Position numbers and translations under genes: made by a program
Assembly (NCBI RefSeq): GCF_964355755.1
Contig: NC_092676.1
Location: forward strand, 22,772,871-22,836,870
DNA from: Antedon mediterranea
Taxonomy: Eukaryota > Animalia > Echinodermata
DNA: 64,000 nt
Direction: 5' to 3'
The notes under the pieces: model-generated
The model's input: the letters and a program-made list of their open reading frames with translations, nothing else
What the model was told of the DNA's origin: nothing
Databases searched by the model: none
In this document: positions 39,026 through 58,287 of the stretch, piece by piece
How positions within the stretch are numbered: the first letter of the stretch is position 1
How the letters are laid out: each line of letters starts with the position of its first letter

Positions 39026-40875
39026 TAGGATACATATAATGTAATAATATAATAAATACAAGTTACATAGTTTATCATCTTGTTTTACAGAACCAATTTG
39101 GTGACACAGTTAAACACAGTGATAAAGAATAGATACTGTTTTAGGTTATATAACCCTAACCCTAGTTTGAAGCGACATAATAAATTCATCGCGAAAAAGT
39201 ACGTATCGTATTTAGAAACTTTTGAAATTTGTTAGATATGTTTAATAGGTTCTTACGTCTATAAAACAAACAAAAAATATAAATTTCACACAAAATTCGT
39301 GATTTTAATAATTTGCATTTCTAAAAATGTACACTTATGAAATACCATACATTTTCCAACACATTTTTACTTCATTGATGATTCCCAGAAATCAAAATAA
39401 AACAAATTATGATATTTCTTTTACATTATAGATGTAAGAACCTATATTGAACATGTACCAAATTTCAAACGTTTTTTAAGACGATACGTATTTTTATCGA
39501 TGAATTAAGTATGTGATCGCTTCAAACTAGGGTTAGGGTTAAATAACCTAACAGTTCCATTCTTTAACACTGTGTTTAACTTTTAACCAAATTGGTTTTA
39601 GTACAACACAATGATAAACTATGTACATTTTATTTTTCATATTACATTATAGGATACATATAATGTAATAATAATAAATACAAGTTACATAGTTTATCAT
39701 CTTGTTTTACAGAACCAATTTGGTTACACAGTTAAACACAATGATAAAGAATAGACACTGTTTTAGGTTATATAACTCTAACCCTAGTTTGAAGCGATCA
39801 CATACTTAATTCATCGCGAAAAAATACGTATCGTATTCAGAAACATTTGAAATTTGGTAAATATGTTCAATAGGTTCTTACGTCTATAAAACAAACAAAA
39901 AATAAAAGTTTCAAGACAAATTCGTGATTTTAATAATTTGCATTTCTAAACATTTACACTTATGAAAGACAATACATTTCCAACACATTTTTACTTCATT
40001 GATGATTCTGAGAAATCAAAATAAAACTATTAGGATATTTCTTTTGCATTATAGATGTAAGAACCTATATTGAACATATCTACCAAATATCAAACGTTTT
40101 TCAAGACGATACGTATTTTTAGCGATGAATATTAAATATGTGATCGCTTCAAACTAGGGTTAGGGTTAAATAAACTAAAACAGTTCTATTCTTTATCACT
40201 CACTGTGTTTAACTTTTAACCAAAATGGTTATAGTAAAACACAATGATAAACTTATATGTCAATTTTATTTTTCATAACATAAAATGTTTGATATTCTTT
40301 ATAATATTTAATATTATATTTTAGGCCTACTATTAATGACGTATAAATGCACACTACATCTGAAATAACTTTCTACTTCATTGGCGATTCTTACCAAAAA
40401 AAGAACTAATTTTGTTATGTATATAGAGCAACCTATTATAACATGTCTTGTATGATTTTTATCTCGTTTCAATGACATTTTATACTACAATTCAAATGAA
40501 AAAGCATCACAAAAAAATACGTCTGGTATTCAAAAAGTTTCTAAACTCGGTACACAGAAAAAAGGAAATGTTGAAAATGTATGGTCTTTCATAAGTGTGA
40601 ATTTTTAGAAATGCAAATAATGGAAATCATCGATTTGTCTTGAAATTTATAATTTGTTTTGTCTTATTGAACATATCTATACAAAATGTCAAACGTTTCT
40701 GAATACGATACGTTTTTTTTCTCGATGAATTTATAATGTCGCTTCAAACTAGAGGGTAGGGTAGTAACCTAACAAGTATCTATTCTTTATCACTATGTTT
40801 AACTGTGTAACCATATTGGTTCTAATAAAAAACAATGATAAACTATGTAAATTGTATGTTTCATATAATTACATT
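39026..40875. repeat. ~610-bp palindromic units: two in tandem plus one inverted partial copy
   Basis: Units ~39026-39648 and ~39649-40270 each have arms TAACCCTAACCCTAGTTTGAAGCGA... / ...TCGCTTCAAACTAGGGTTAGGGTT; ~40565-40875 is an inverted copy of ~39040-39370. Confidence 0.85.
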
Positions 40876-41188
40876 TTTGCCAAAAAAAATTATTGGGAAT
40901 GTCAAATTTCTTTTTCATGACATATATCTACAAATTTCAGAAGCTTTTGAGTACGAGTATTTTACGCGATGTTTTTTTATCCTCATTTTAATATTTTGGT
41001 AATGTAATTCACATAAAGTTTTGTATCCAAAAATTGTTTATTCTTGGGTAGAAATGAGGAAATAAATAGTATTCCTGTATAATATAATAATCAATAATAA
41101 AGTATAAAAAAAAATGTTGTGTAAACGAACGTTTTTTACGCTTCGAATTTTCTGTTACATTATGTTTGAATTGAAGCTACAGATATTG

Positions 41189-41229
41189 AATCATGGACCT
41201 ATAAATTAGTAATTTATAGGTCCATGATT
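41189..41229. repeat. Perfect 41-bp palindrome
   Basis: AATCATGGACCTATAAATTA-G-TAATTTATAGGTCCATGATT. Confidence 0.9.
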
Positions 41230-41502
41230 GAACATATCGTCACTCACCACACATTTTTTGTTTTGTATTTCGAAAGTATTTATTCTAAAGAACAATTGAT
41301 GCAAACATCAACTGCGTATCTTATTTCATTAATTAATTATATTAATTATAATTTGGCGATTATTCGTCACACGAAGAGTCGAATATCGATTCGTCTCGTC
41401 GTGGGAAGAAAACGTGCATTGCGCACACTGTTTACGCGCCTCAACAATAAACGGCGAATATGCGATTCGTCACTTATGGAACGCCGTTTTACACAAGTTT
41501 TT

Positions 41503-42370
41503 GGCGATGATAAAAATTGCATCGATGATGAAATTGCGTCGATGAAAATTGCATCGACGCAATGTAGATTGCGTCGACGCAATTTACATTGCGTCGATGA
41601 AAATTGCATCGATGAAAATTGCGTCGATGAAAATTGCGTCGATGAAAACTGCATCGATGAAAATTGCGTCGATGAAAACTGCATCGATGAAAATTGATGT
41701 GATGAATTTAATTGATTATGAAAATTCCAAATGGTTTTAATTCAATCAATGATGAAAATGACTACTAGTAAAGTAAATGATGATGTTAATAATGATGTTA
41801 ATAATGTTATTATGTTGCTAAAAATTGACGGTTTCTGAATATTTTGATATGATAAACATGTTTACCGCTTGCGCTAGCGCGCGTTATAGACAAGCGCACA
41901 GTGATCGCGCACTAAAACAATGTTGAAATATATGCACTGATTAACATTTTAGTGATTTATTGTCAACACATTTTAGCAATGGATCCATTATTGTCCTTTC
42001 GGACACATTATATCTTCTAGCTAATTGCTTCCGTTAATCCACCAGTTCAGTACATAAAATCCAGATGTCCAGCATCCATGACATCATATTCAAATCATAC
42101 CGGCAGGGAGATCGCAATTTTCATCGATGAAAACTGCATCGATGAAAATTTTTTTTTTTTTCATCGATGCAGTTTTCATCGATGCAGTTTTATCGACGCA
42201 ATTTTCATCGACGCAATTTTCATCACATTAACGCAATTTTCATTACATCGACGCAATTTTCATCGACGCAATGTTCATCACATCATTACATCAATACTAT
42301 ATTCATCGACGCAATTTTCATCACATCGACGCAATTTTCATTGCATCATCGACGCGATTTTATCATCGCC
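41503..42370. mobile_element. Fold-back-type non-autonomous element with 15-bp subterminal tandem repeats (Mutator-like)
   Basis: GGCGATGATAAAA / TTTTATCATCGCC termini; (GATGAAAATTGCRTC)n at 41515-41700, inverted at 42113-42360; no TSD found. Confidence 0.7.
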
Positions 42371-42764
42371 TAAACTGGCATTCCATACTAATTGCGTGTG
42401 ATCTGATTGGTGTATTATAAATAAATTCATCGCGATGAATTTTTCAGTAGATGTAATGAGACAGTTCAGTAGATGTAATGACAGTTAATTTAATTGTTCT
42501 GCTCTTTTTGTACAAATCTATACTACTTTATATTATGGATTTTGTAGTACTGTTAAAATTATTAAATCTCTGGAAGTGTGTTTTACGAGTATGTCCGCAA
42601 ATTTATGCGTTTACGGTTTTAAAATGTGAGTTTTAAATAGCGAACATGATCTTGTTAGGTGCACTACGCACGCAGTATTCCAAAATGTCTTACTAATTGG
42701 GAGAAAATCATATTGTATCATATCATATTATATCCATTCTTTAAATTCATATTCTTTATCCAAA

Positions 42765-43895
42765 ACTAAATTGGTATAGTAAAACACAGTGCTAGCAATT
42801 TATCATATTATTAAATGTTTCATATTCTTTATCATTGTGTTTTACTCTAATCAAATTGGTATAGTAAAACACAGTGCTAAATTGCTATGTGAATGTCATT
42901 TATCATATTTTTAAATGTTTCCTATTCTTTATCATTGTGCTTTACCATAACCAAATTGGTTATAGTAAAACACAGTGCTAAATTGCTATGTAAATGTTAT
43001 ATATCATATTATTAAATTCCTATTCTTTATCATTGTGTTTTACTCTAACAAAATTGGTTATAGTAAAACACAGTGATAAATTGCTATGTAAATGTAATTT
43101 ATCATATTATTAAATGTTTCCTATTCTTTATCATTGTGTTTTACTCTAACCAAATTGGTTATAGTAAAACACAGTGATAAATTGCTATGTAAATGTAATT
43201 TATCATGTTATTAAATGTTTCCTATTCTTTATCGTTGAGTTTTACTCTAATCAAATTGGTTATAGTAAAACACAGTGCTAAATTGCTATGTAAATGTTAT
43301 ATATCATATTATTAAATGTTTCCTATTCTTTATCATTGTGTTTTACTCTAATCTGATTGGTTATAGTAAAACACAGTGCTAAATTGCTATGTGAATGTCA
43401 TTTATCATGTTATTAAATGTTTCCTATTCTTTATCATTGTGCTTTACTCTAACCAAATTGGTTATAGTAAAACACAGTGCTAAATTGCTATGTAAATGTC
43501 ATTTATCATGTTATTAAATGTTTCTTATTCTTTATCATTGTGTTTTACTCTAACCAAATTGGTTATAGTAAAACACAGTGATAAATTGCTATGTAAATGT
43601 AATTTATCATATTATTAAATGTTTCCTATTCTTTATCATTGTGTTTTACTCTAACCAAATTGGTTATAGTAAAACACAGTGATAAATTGCTATGTAAATG
43701 TAATTTATCATGTTATTAAATGTTTCCTATTCTTTATCGTTGTGTTTTACTCTAACCAAATTGGTTATAATTTATTTAATTTCATTTCAAAAGACATTTA
43801 CCTAAATTGCTATTTAAATGTCATTTATCAAATTATTAAATGTTTCCTATTATTTATCTGGTTATAATAGTAAAACACTGTGCTAAATTGCTATT
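42765..43895 (-). repeat. ~100-bp hairpin satellite in inverted orientation (~10-11 units)
   Basis: Reverse complement of the 28-39 kb monomer. Confidence 0.93.
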
Positions 43896-43934
43896 GTATT
43901 AAGGACGAGTTCCGAGAAGATGTATTCAAAGCTA

Positions 43935-43990
43935 CAACCAATCAGAACAGTGTTAATCAATATAGTCCATGGCTACAGCCAATCAGAAAC
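43935..43990 (+). promoter_or_regulatory. Two CCAAT boxes upstream of LIX1L
   Basis: ACCAATCAG (~43938) and GCCAATCAG (~43978), ~500 bp before the start codon; they may instead belong to a repeat. Confidence 0.3.
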
Positions 43991-44476
43991 GTCCAAATCG
44001 CAATAACCCCTAGGCTAATAGAAATTATTGGTCCGAGTAGCCTTTTCAACCAGACGTTGCGAGGTTTAAAAAGTAAAACATGATTTACTCGCCAATTTGG
44101 TATAGTTTATATACCTGATTTTTTTACACACAAAAAAGAAGCTGTTTTTCAGCTTGACGTGCGGTTACAGAAATATGTGGAGGTCGAAAGGCTAACTTTA
44201 TAGCCATTTTTCTTTTTTCGCCAGTTATTATACTTGTGTATATTTATTGAAAGGTTTTAGATAAACTACTACTGCTGTTCTTCATATTATTTTGTATATT
44301 GTTTATATGGTGCCCTTGATTCAGCTAGGCCTAAAAAACAACGTCCGACGCCGCCTCCTGTGTTGGGTTCCCCTGTGTTGTGTGTGTGGCACTGCAGCAG
44401 GTTCAGACGGGTCAGATTAACTAACGGATGGACAGTGAGTGCTTAGCATTTTATGTTGATTTGTACTGATCAAACA

Positions 44477-51067
<6,591 letters not shown>

Positions 51068-52257
51068 ATCGTGAACAGATTTTAATAAGAGAGTTATATA
51101 TTTATATTTTTTATTCAGTGATATACGTCCATTTTTCATCGTGTTTTTTTAAAAATTATAGATAAGGCTTGTTTTACAGATAATATAAAAGCGCATTGTA
51201 GATTTAAAAATATATTTAGATTTTAACAAGTGTGAAGCATTAATGCATGATAATTTTTAGCCGATTCATGTTACTATATCTATAATTTTCTCAGAGTCAT
51301 AAGCAAATTCTATGTTACAGTGTCACGTTTGTATCACATGATATGCCTGTATTATAGTCCTTAAGTCTAGACGTTAATTAACATGTTACAGGTGCCACAT
51401 GTAATACATACTGTATGTGACACTGTATTACAGAATTCTCCTATGATACTGGACATATGATGTCATATGTGGAGATGCAGTTCAGAGAATCTGGTGATAA
51501 TTTTAGCTTTATAATGGCAATATTTTAGATAGTAAAATAAATAATGTAAGTAGATTGGCAGGTTGTTGTTACAATTAACAATGTTTATGGTGTTGATGAT
51601 TAATACAAACATATTCAATTTACCTTCTATGGTAGCTTATACCCGATTTACACATACAAACATCTTATACACTGTATTACATATTGTGACTAGTTGACTA
51701 GTACTCCTTTCACATTGATTAGAAAAAAACGGTGGAGCAATACATATGCCTGTGTCGATGTTCCAGTTTTGTTACTCTAGTACAAACACCGTTTCATTCT
51801 ATGTAAAATCTCGGAACAATTCGGTAATCTATACAAGGACGATAAAAATTACATTTTTTGTGTAAACATAGCTGTATTTGAGCATGTTTATTAGACTTGC
51901 CCCAAGTCTGTATTTATTGTCTTTTTTATTTTATTTATTTGTTTTTATTTCGACAGCGATTTTTGTCTGAAAATACACCAAACTCAAATAATACACGTAT
52001 GAAACGCCATATGTGCAAAAATATTTATATTTTTACTAATATTATGACAAAACTCCGTCTGGAGCCCAGACTACATGTTTATAAACATGTAGCCTATTTT
52101 ATTAGTTTTGTACACGCTGTTTACCTTCAATTACACTGCGATAAACTAGGGTTTGAAAGAGTTGTAACTCAATAAGATTATCCCAGTAACATTTGTGTTA
52201 TATGTGTGAGCAAGCTGTTTTTACTTCTTTCTATTTACACATCAAACCTTGATTCAA

Positions 52258-52340
52258 ATAACTGCTATCCCTATTGATAACTACTATCCCTATTTAATAA
52301 CTACTATCTCTATTAATAACTACTATCCCTATTTAATAAT
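52258..52340. repeat. ~20-bp minisatellite, 4 copies
   Basis: ATAACTACTATCCCTATT repeated. Confidence 0.7.
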
Positions 52341-54224
52341 GTAGTTTTTCTATATCAATAACTATAACATTTTTTATATTAAGAGTTTTCATTAATGTAC
52401 AGACTTTCTAAAACCACCTTTTAAATTTTTTCTAAAAGAAACAGGAAGTAAAATAATTTAAACATTTTTTAAATCACTAAACAGTGTATTCAACAGATTT
52501 ATAACACTGTAGTTAGTCTAGATATGTCAATATCTTAACAGCTCTTTGATCCGGTCATTAATCATCCTATAAAAATTGTTCAAAAATTTATAAATCAATA
52601 TTGCGCCCTCTATCATAAAATATCTTGTGACATCGAAAGAGCTTATCAAAATAACCCTATTTATGGTGAATCACTTTTTGAAATGTAGTAACTCTCTAGT
52701 TAATTATATAACCTCTTTGGTGACATCAAACTCTACGGGCCTTTAATACTGTTATTTAATATCTCTATTAGATAGCTATTAGTAGCCCTGAATGTTGGAA
52801 TCTGATACTAAGCTGTTAATTTAGTGCACTTTACATGATTAAATTATGACTTGCCACCATAAGTTATCATTTAAACTTTACCATAATTATACAAGCATTT
52901 TGTCACATATATTATGATATTAAATATTGTAATATTTCATGCAAGTAGGCCTATCTGTGTAAAACGAAACCAATTTGTTAAAATTTCAAAATATTAGGTC
53001 TACCCTTTTAACACTATAGAAGTTTTTATATTGTTTGTTTTACTAATATTTTGAAATTTTATTTACGCATAACTATTAACTTTTAAAAATTTGAGAGCTT
53101 AATTTCAAGCAGGATCTACTATGATTGGTCAGTTGAATACATTACACATACTGTATGGTACTCCTTGTACAAAAACAGATCTCTTTAATACTAGAATAAA
53201 ATTTGTGTTCACACTACCGGATACAACTTGTAACAATTGTGAAAGGATTTTTATCACAATACAGTATATTATTTTTCATTTTCTATAATAATAAATAATA
53301 AAACGTTTTATTTTAAATTTATAATAATTATATAATTGAGAATGGATTTTATTAATTCAAAGATAATCACATTATGAGCCAAGGTATGTTCTCTTCTTGT
53401 TAGTTTTTCCAATCATAGTTGGTCTACATTTGCAATAGTTCCATAACTATTACTTGATTTTTTAATATTTAATTTTTTTAAATTCATTAACACCCACCCA
53501 TTTATTTATCTACTTTATATTTTTTTATTGATTTATTTTCTGTATTATTTCATGTGTCCGTTTTCCAACCTAAACTTTATGTATATTGAAAATATACTTG
53601 TAAATAGTTGTATTTAAACGTGTTTTTGATGGTGCAAACTTTGTGTAAAATAGTTATTTATAGAATGATACCTTAATGCGGCAAATAACGATAATATTGG
53701 TTTATTTTGATGGTTGTGTTGAAGGTGGATTTACATTAACACATTTGGTTCATTTATATTATAATATATTGTTAATTTGATGTTTTTTGGTGATTTGTTT
53801 ACGTTATATGAATGCGCTGCAAATATATAAAAATATTTAAAACTTCTTGTTTGCACACAGACAAAGCTCTTAAGATTAAATATAAAAGCATAAAAAAACA
53901 CCAAAAAAACGCATATAATACTACAACTGAATAATTTGGGATACTCGGGGACACTCCTTTTAAGGGGACACTCCTTTTAGTTAAACGGACTGTCAATTTT
54001 ATGTTTGTTTTTATCTGATTGCATTTACGTTAAATATAATACTGTAGTGAGTTTTGCGACGACAAACCTAGATCATGCTAGTTCATTGTGCGCATGTGTA
54101 GATATTGGGAGGTGTGCCCTTGCTCTTGTGCTTGTGAAAACATTCAGTACAAACTATATTTCCTACTCAGATTTCGAATCTATAAACTTTTCAAATGAAA
54201 AAAATAAAAATACATATTTTACTG

Positions 54225-54366
54225 TAAAGCTCTGTCTACACTATCAAACTTTATGTGACAAAAAAAAAAGATCCGATTTGCCATGGACGCGATAATCTCA
54301 TATCACTGCCATGCAAACCACACCTTTTTTTGTCAAACCAAGGTTGATAGTGTAGAGAAAGTTTTA
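54225..54366. mobile_element. Harbinger-like MITE
   Basis: TAAAGCTCTGTCTACACTATCAA / TTGATAGTGTAGAGAAAGTTTTA; a related end lies at ~8346-8383. Confidence 0.6.
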
Positions 54367-57300
54367 CTCTATAGACCACATATTTTATATAGGCCTACGG
54401 CACCACAATGGACACATTAGGCGGACATAGTGGTCTTCTGTGTCTACTTTATTATATACAGTGAACGTATGCTATACTCATTATCTACTTATTTACATAC
54501 ACTTATATTATATCATCCATGATTTTCATAAAACACCGAATATTTATCAAATTTCGGAACGTTTTAAAAGCATTAAATTGGATTATATTTGGTTGTCTTT
54601 ATAATCAAATTTAACCATCATTTGCTCATCATTCTGTGCATTTAGTTTTCCTATTATGCAACATGATTCACAACATACAGTATCATGCATCATCTTATGT
54701 TTTGCTTTTGCGTATTCGATTTCAAATTGCAGTGATATTTTATATGTTGTAGTTGCTCTGTGAATGCTTAAACACGATCAATTGTGACGTTTAGCCGTAG
54801 GTTTAGTTTAGAGTCAGCCCTCGTTGGGCCACACCAATCCCGGCGCTCCTTGCTGTGTAAAATGCATTTACCTCTCCGGCCATGATAACCATATTTCAAA
54901 GAAATTGATTTATTATTATACATTAAAATGTTTTAAATAAATTCAGTTACAAAATTTCTTTAAACACGTTCTCAATAAAGTAGAAAAGTGAAAAGAGTAT
55001 ACAGTACAAATATTCGTAATTATAACACACCTGGAGTGCATGTTTGGTTGTAGAATACTCAGATATTCATATTCACAATAAAGACTAAACGTAACTCTTG
55101 TTGCAACGAACAGAAACGAAAATAATATTCTTTAGTTATCGTATTGTAAATTTCGTGCCTGAAATCAATCCATGGAATTTCCACAGACTGAAAAATCTAA
55201 AAAGCATCGCGGCATGCAATTGGCATGTACAGGGCATTTTCACAGAAATGCGTACGTAGGAAAAGAGTATCGCAGTGGGGGATCATTGGCCTACTACTAG
55301 ACGGACGTGTGTATACCTCAGCAATGCTTCAATCCCATGCACTGATGGGCTTCCTTTTATGCATTATTGCTCAGAATACAGTACATTGCATGTAAATTAC
55401 TCTTAATTAGAGTTTGTTCACATCACCCTCTTAAATATTCCATATTCATAACCTTTCTCCATATCAAAGTCGTGAACTTGTGGTCTCTTACCAACGCGCA
55501 ACACATAAATAGGAAACATTTTCTTATATATAAGATATTAATTATTCTTGACTCGTAGGCTAGATTTACATAAATTCCTTTGAGGTGCTTTCGCTATGTG
55601 TTTGTCCTAACTTCACTTATAGTTAAACAGAGCCTAACATACATTTTTGTAATAAACTGTTCTGAAAAATAGAGTACACATTATTGTCATAAATGTTCAC
55701 TTTGTAATGAATACTACCTGTTTTAAATAAAGCAATTACAATTCATGTGTTTTTGCATTGAGTGTTTAGTGAATTGTGAAATACTAGTCTCCCTTCGGAA
55801 TTGTAACCATCTGCCGTGGCACAGAAATGTTAATATTATGTGAAATAGCGCATTAGAAATGTTTTAATCTTTTTTACTGAGCTTCGTTTTACCGGAAATC
55901 GATTGAAATCACAGATATTTTCGTTTTAATTGACATTACAATAATCGGAAGAAATATGCTCTCGTAATGTTTATAAATCGTGTTTACGTTTGCTAATAAT
56001 GCGCTCAATGACTGACTTATTATTTTATTATCCATGTAGACATACTTGTATTGTTTCAATAATTATAAATAAAATAAATAAATTTTCAAAAGTGTTTTCC
56101 TATAATAAAAGAAAACATTTGAGTCTCAGCGTAACACATTTATAAAGTTTGTTTCGTGCCTGACTTACTCGGAGAAACCGATATGAACCCTTTGCCACGA
56201 AGTGAGGGAGAAATATTTAGTGGAACACCCCTCTACCTGCCAATGGGTTTGTTTGCCGCCCTCTAGAGGATATAATCAAATCAATTAGTGAATCAACAAG
56301 TGCATGGCGCGCGAATTTACCAAATCTCACTTTTAAATACTTTAATAATATTTACTGTTCGTTATTGTATATTGTGTAAAGAAGTACGTAAAGGTTTGCC
56401 GAGATCCTTTGGTTTGAGATTTGTATTTAATTATATATTAATGAATGAATATTGCTATACATATGTGAAAACCACACCCCCTCTATAGAACCCACCTCCA
56501 ACAAAGCAATGATGAGGTGGATATGGATGGCAAAGAGGACGGAACTTAACAGTGTAATGACGACACAATAATTGATAACGGAAGTCATGATACGCGTCGC
56601 GAAGGTAGTATATTGATCACGACTATAAAGATGACGCTGACTGATAGTCGACGAGAGGCGGAGAAAAACTTACAAGCAAAGAGCGAACAGACGCTTTGTC
56701 CCAAGTGGGCATTCTACAACACGGTGTGTAAATTAACCGAAACACCTTTAATAACCCCAACTTTTCTGATGCCGATACGATTAATGTTTAACAATAATAA
56801 CTAAGTATATTACATGATTACGATGTATGTTTTATGAGACAAAAACATCACATCTATTTAAATGTCAATTTAATACATAAAAGTCTTAGGAAACATAAAC
56901 CAATGCATTCGGGAAAAAGCGTCCCTTTTATCTTTTGCTGCTTAATGTTTGATAATAATATCGCTTTCCGTCGTTTTAATAGCTGTATAATAATAGAACA
57001 TTGTGCTTATTTTGTTTTAACACATTCTACATTCTTTGACTTTTTAAAGTCATAATTCATAGAATACGGTATAGTTTACCCATCAAACGGCATGATGTGT
57101 AAAGCCGTGGTTTAACAATGAGAACCATGTTACTATAAATATATTAATTGTCATGATTTTAAACTAGAACTCGTTGATAGTAACATTGTTAACCACACAC
57201 CGCTGACAGGACCATTTTATAAATCAGAAAGCATTCATCGGTGTTATTTAATACCACCTTTCATTAAAGGTGGTAATATATGAACACCGACAAATACTGG

Positions 57301-57776
57301 CTAAAAAATAAAACTTGCAGCAGACCTAATTGTTTTGAATTCATTGTAATATTTCCAAAAATCAGCATAGGCATATGTATATATAAACTTTATTTAGACA
57401 CGAGACTGATGTGCAGTACATCTCGTTCAATTAATATTGATTGTTTTTACACCAGTTCGTGACACCATATATATACGACAAAAACAATTGAAATTGAAAA
57501 GAAACTGTTGACAATTTAATTAATTAATGAGTAACCAATATTACGACCCAATACTCAAGATATACATACGTAATAATTCATTTAGTAGTGACTACTAACT
57601 CAATTATATTATGGTATTTTCTTTCTTCAATTAAACGATAGAGATAGACAACCGAATTGTGTGACGATATAGAGGGCGTAATGCATTTAACCCTTACGAC
57701 TTGGGGCCAATGGTTGAACATTACAGTCGTGCCCAGCAGCACATAGGAGGTATACAACATAGCAGTAGTATTAAAT

Positions 57777-58287
57777 AGGGAGGTTTCGCAACCTTACGAA
57801 TACGATAACGAAAACGGATACGTCATACATTTGTGAAACTTATGAGCTGATCCCCATTTCATATTCGTAAAGCGTATTCGTGATGACGAATATCACCAGT
57901 CATATTCGTGACTACAAAACGAGTATAGTTTTTGATATATTTTGCACATTTTGCATTTGAATCAGGAATGATTCATGATTATAATATAATTATACTTTTA
58001 TTGAAAGTAGTTTACTAAAGTAATTTACTAAAATGCCAGGTCAATTTTGATAAATAGCAGTTTTTAAAGTTCTCACTCGCTTTGATGTTACGCTAGGCCT
58101 AGGCAGCCAAGCACCAAGCAACACACGTACCTGCGCTTCGCTCAAATTTACCACAGTCATATTTTGGACGCGCCTCAATATTTCGTTGCCATGCGAAACA
58201 GATTTTTTTTATGGCTTACGAAAACGAATACGTGTGCGTGACGTATCCGTTTTCGTTATCGTATTCGTGAGATTGCGAAACCTCTCT
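57777..58287. mobile_element. MITE with ~50-bp TIRs and AAT TSD (Harbinger-like)
   Basis: AGGGAGGTTTCGCAA...CGGATACGTCA / TGACGTATCCG...TTGCGAAACCTCTCT; AAT on both sides. Confidence 0.78.

Noticed and set aside
41224-42401. ORFs with (DENCI/V)n and (MQFSS)n repeats
   Set aside because: They are translations of a 15-bp tandem repeat that is open in several frames on both strands.
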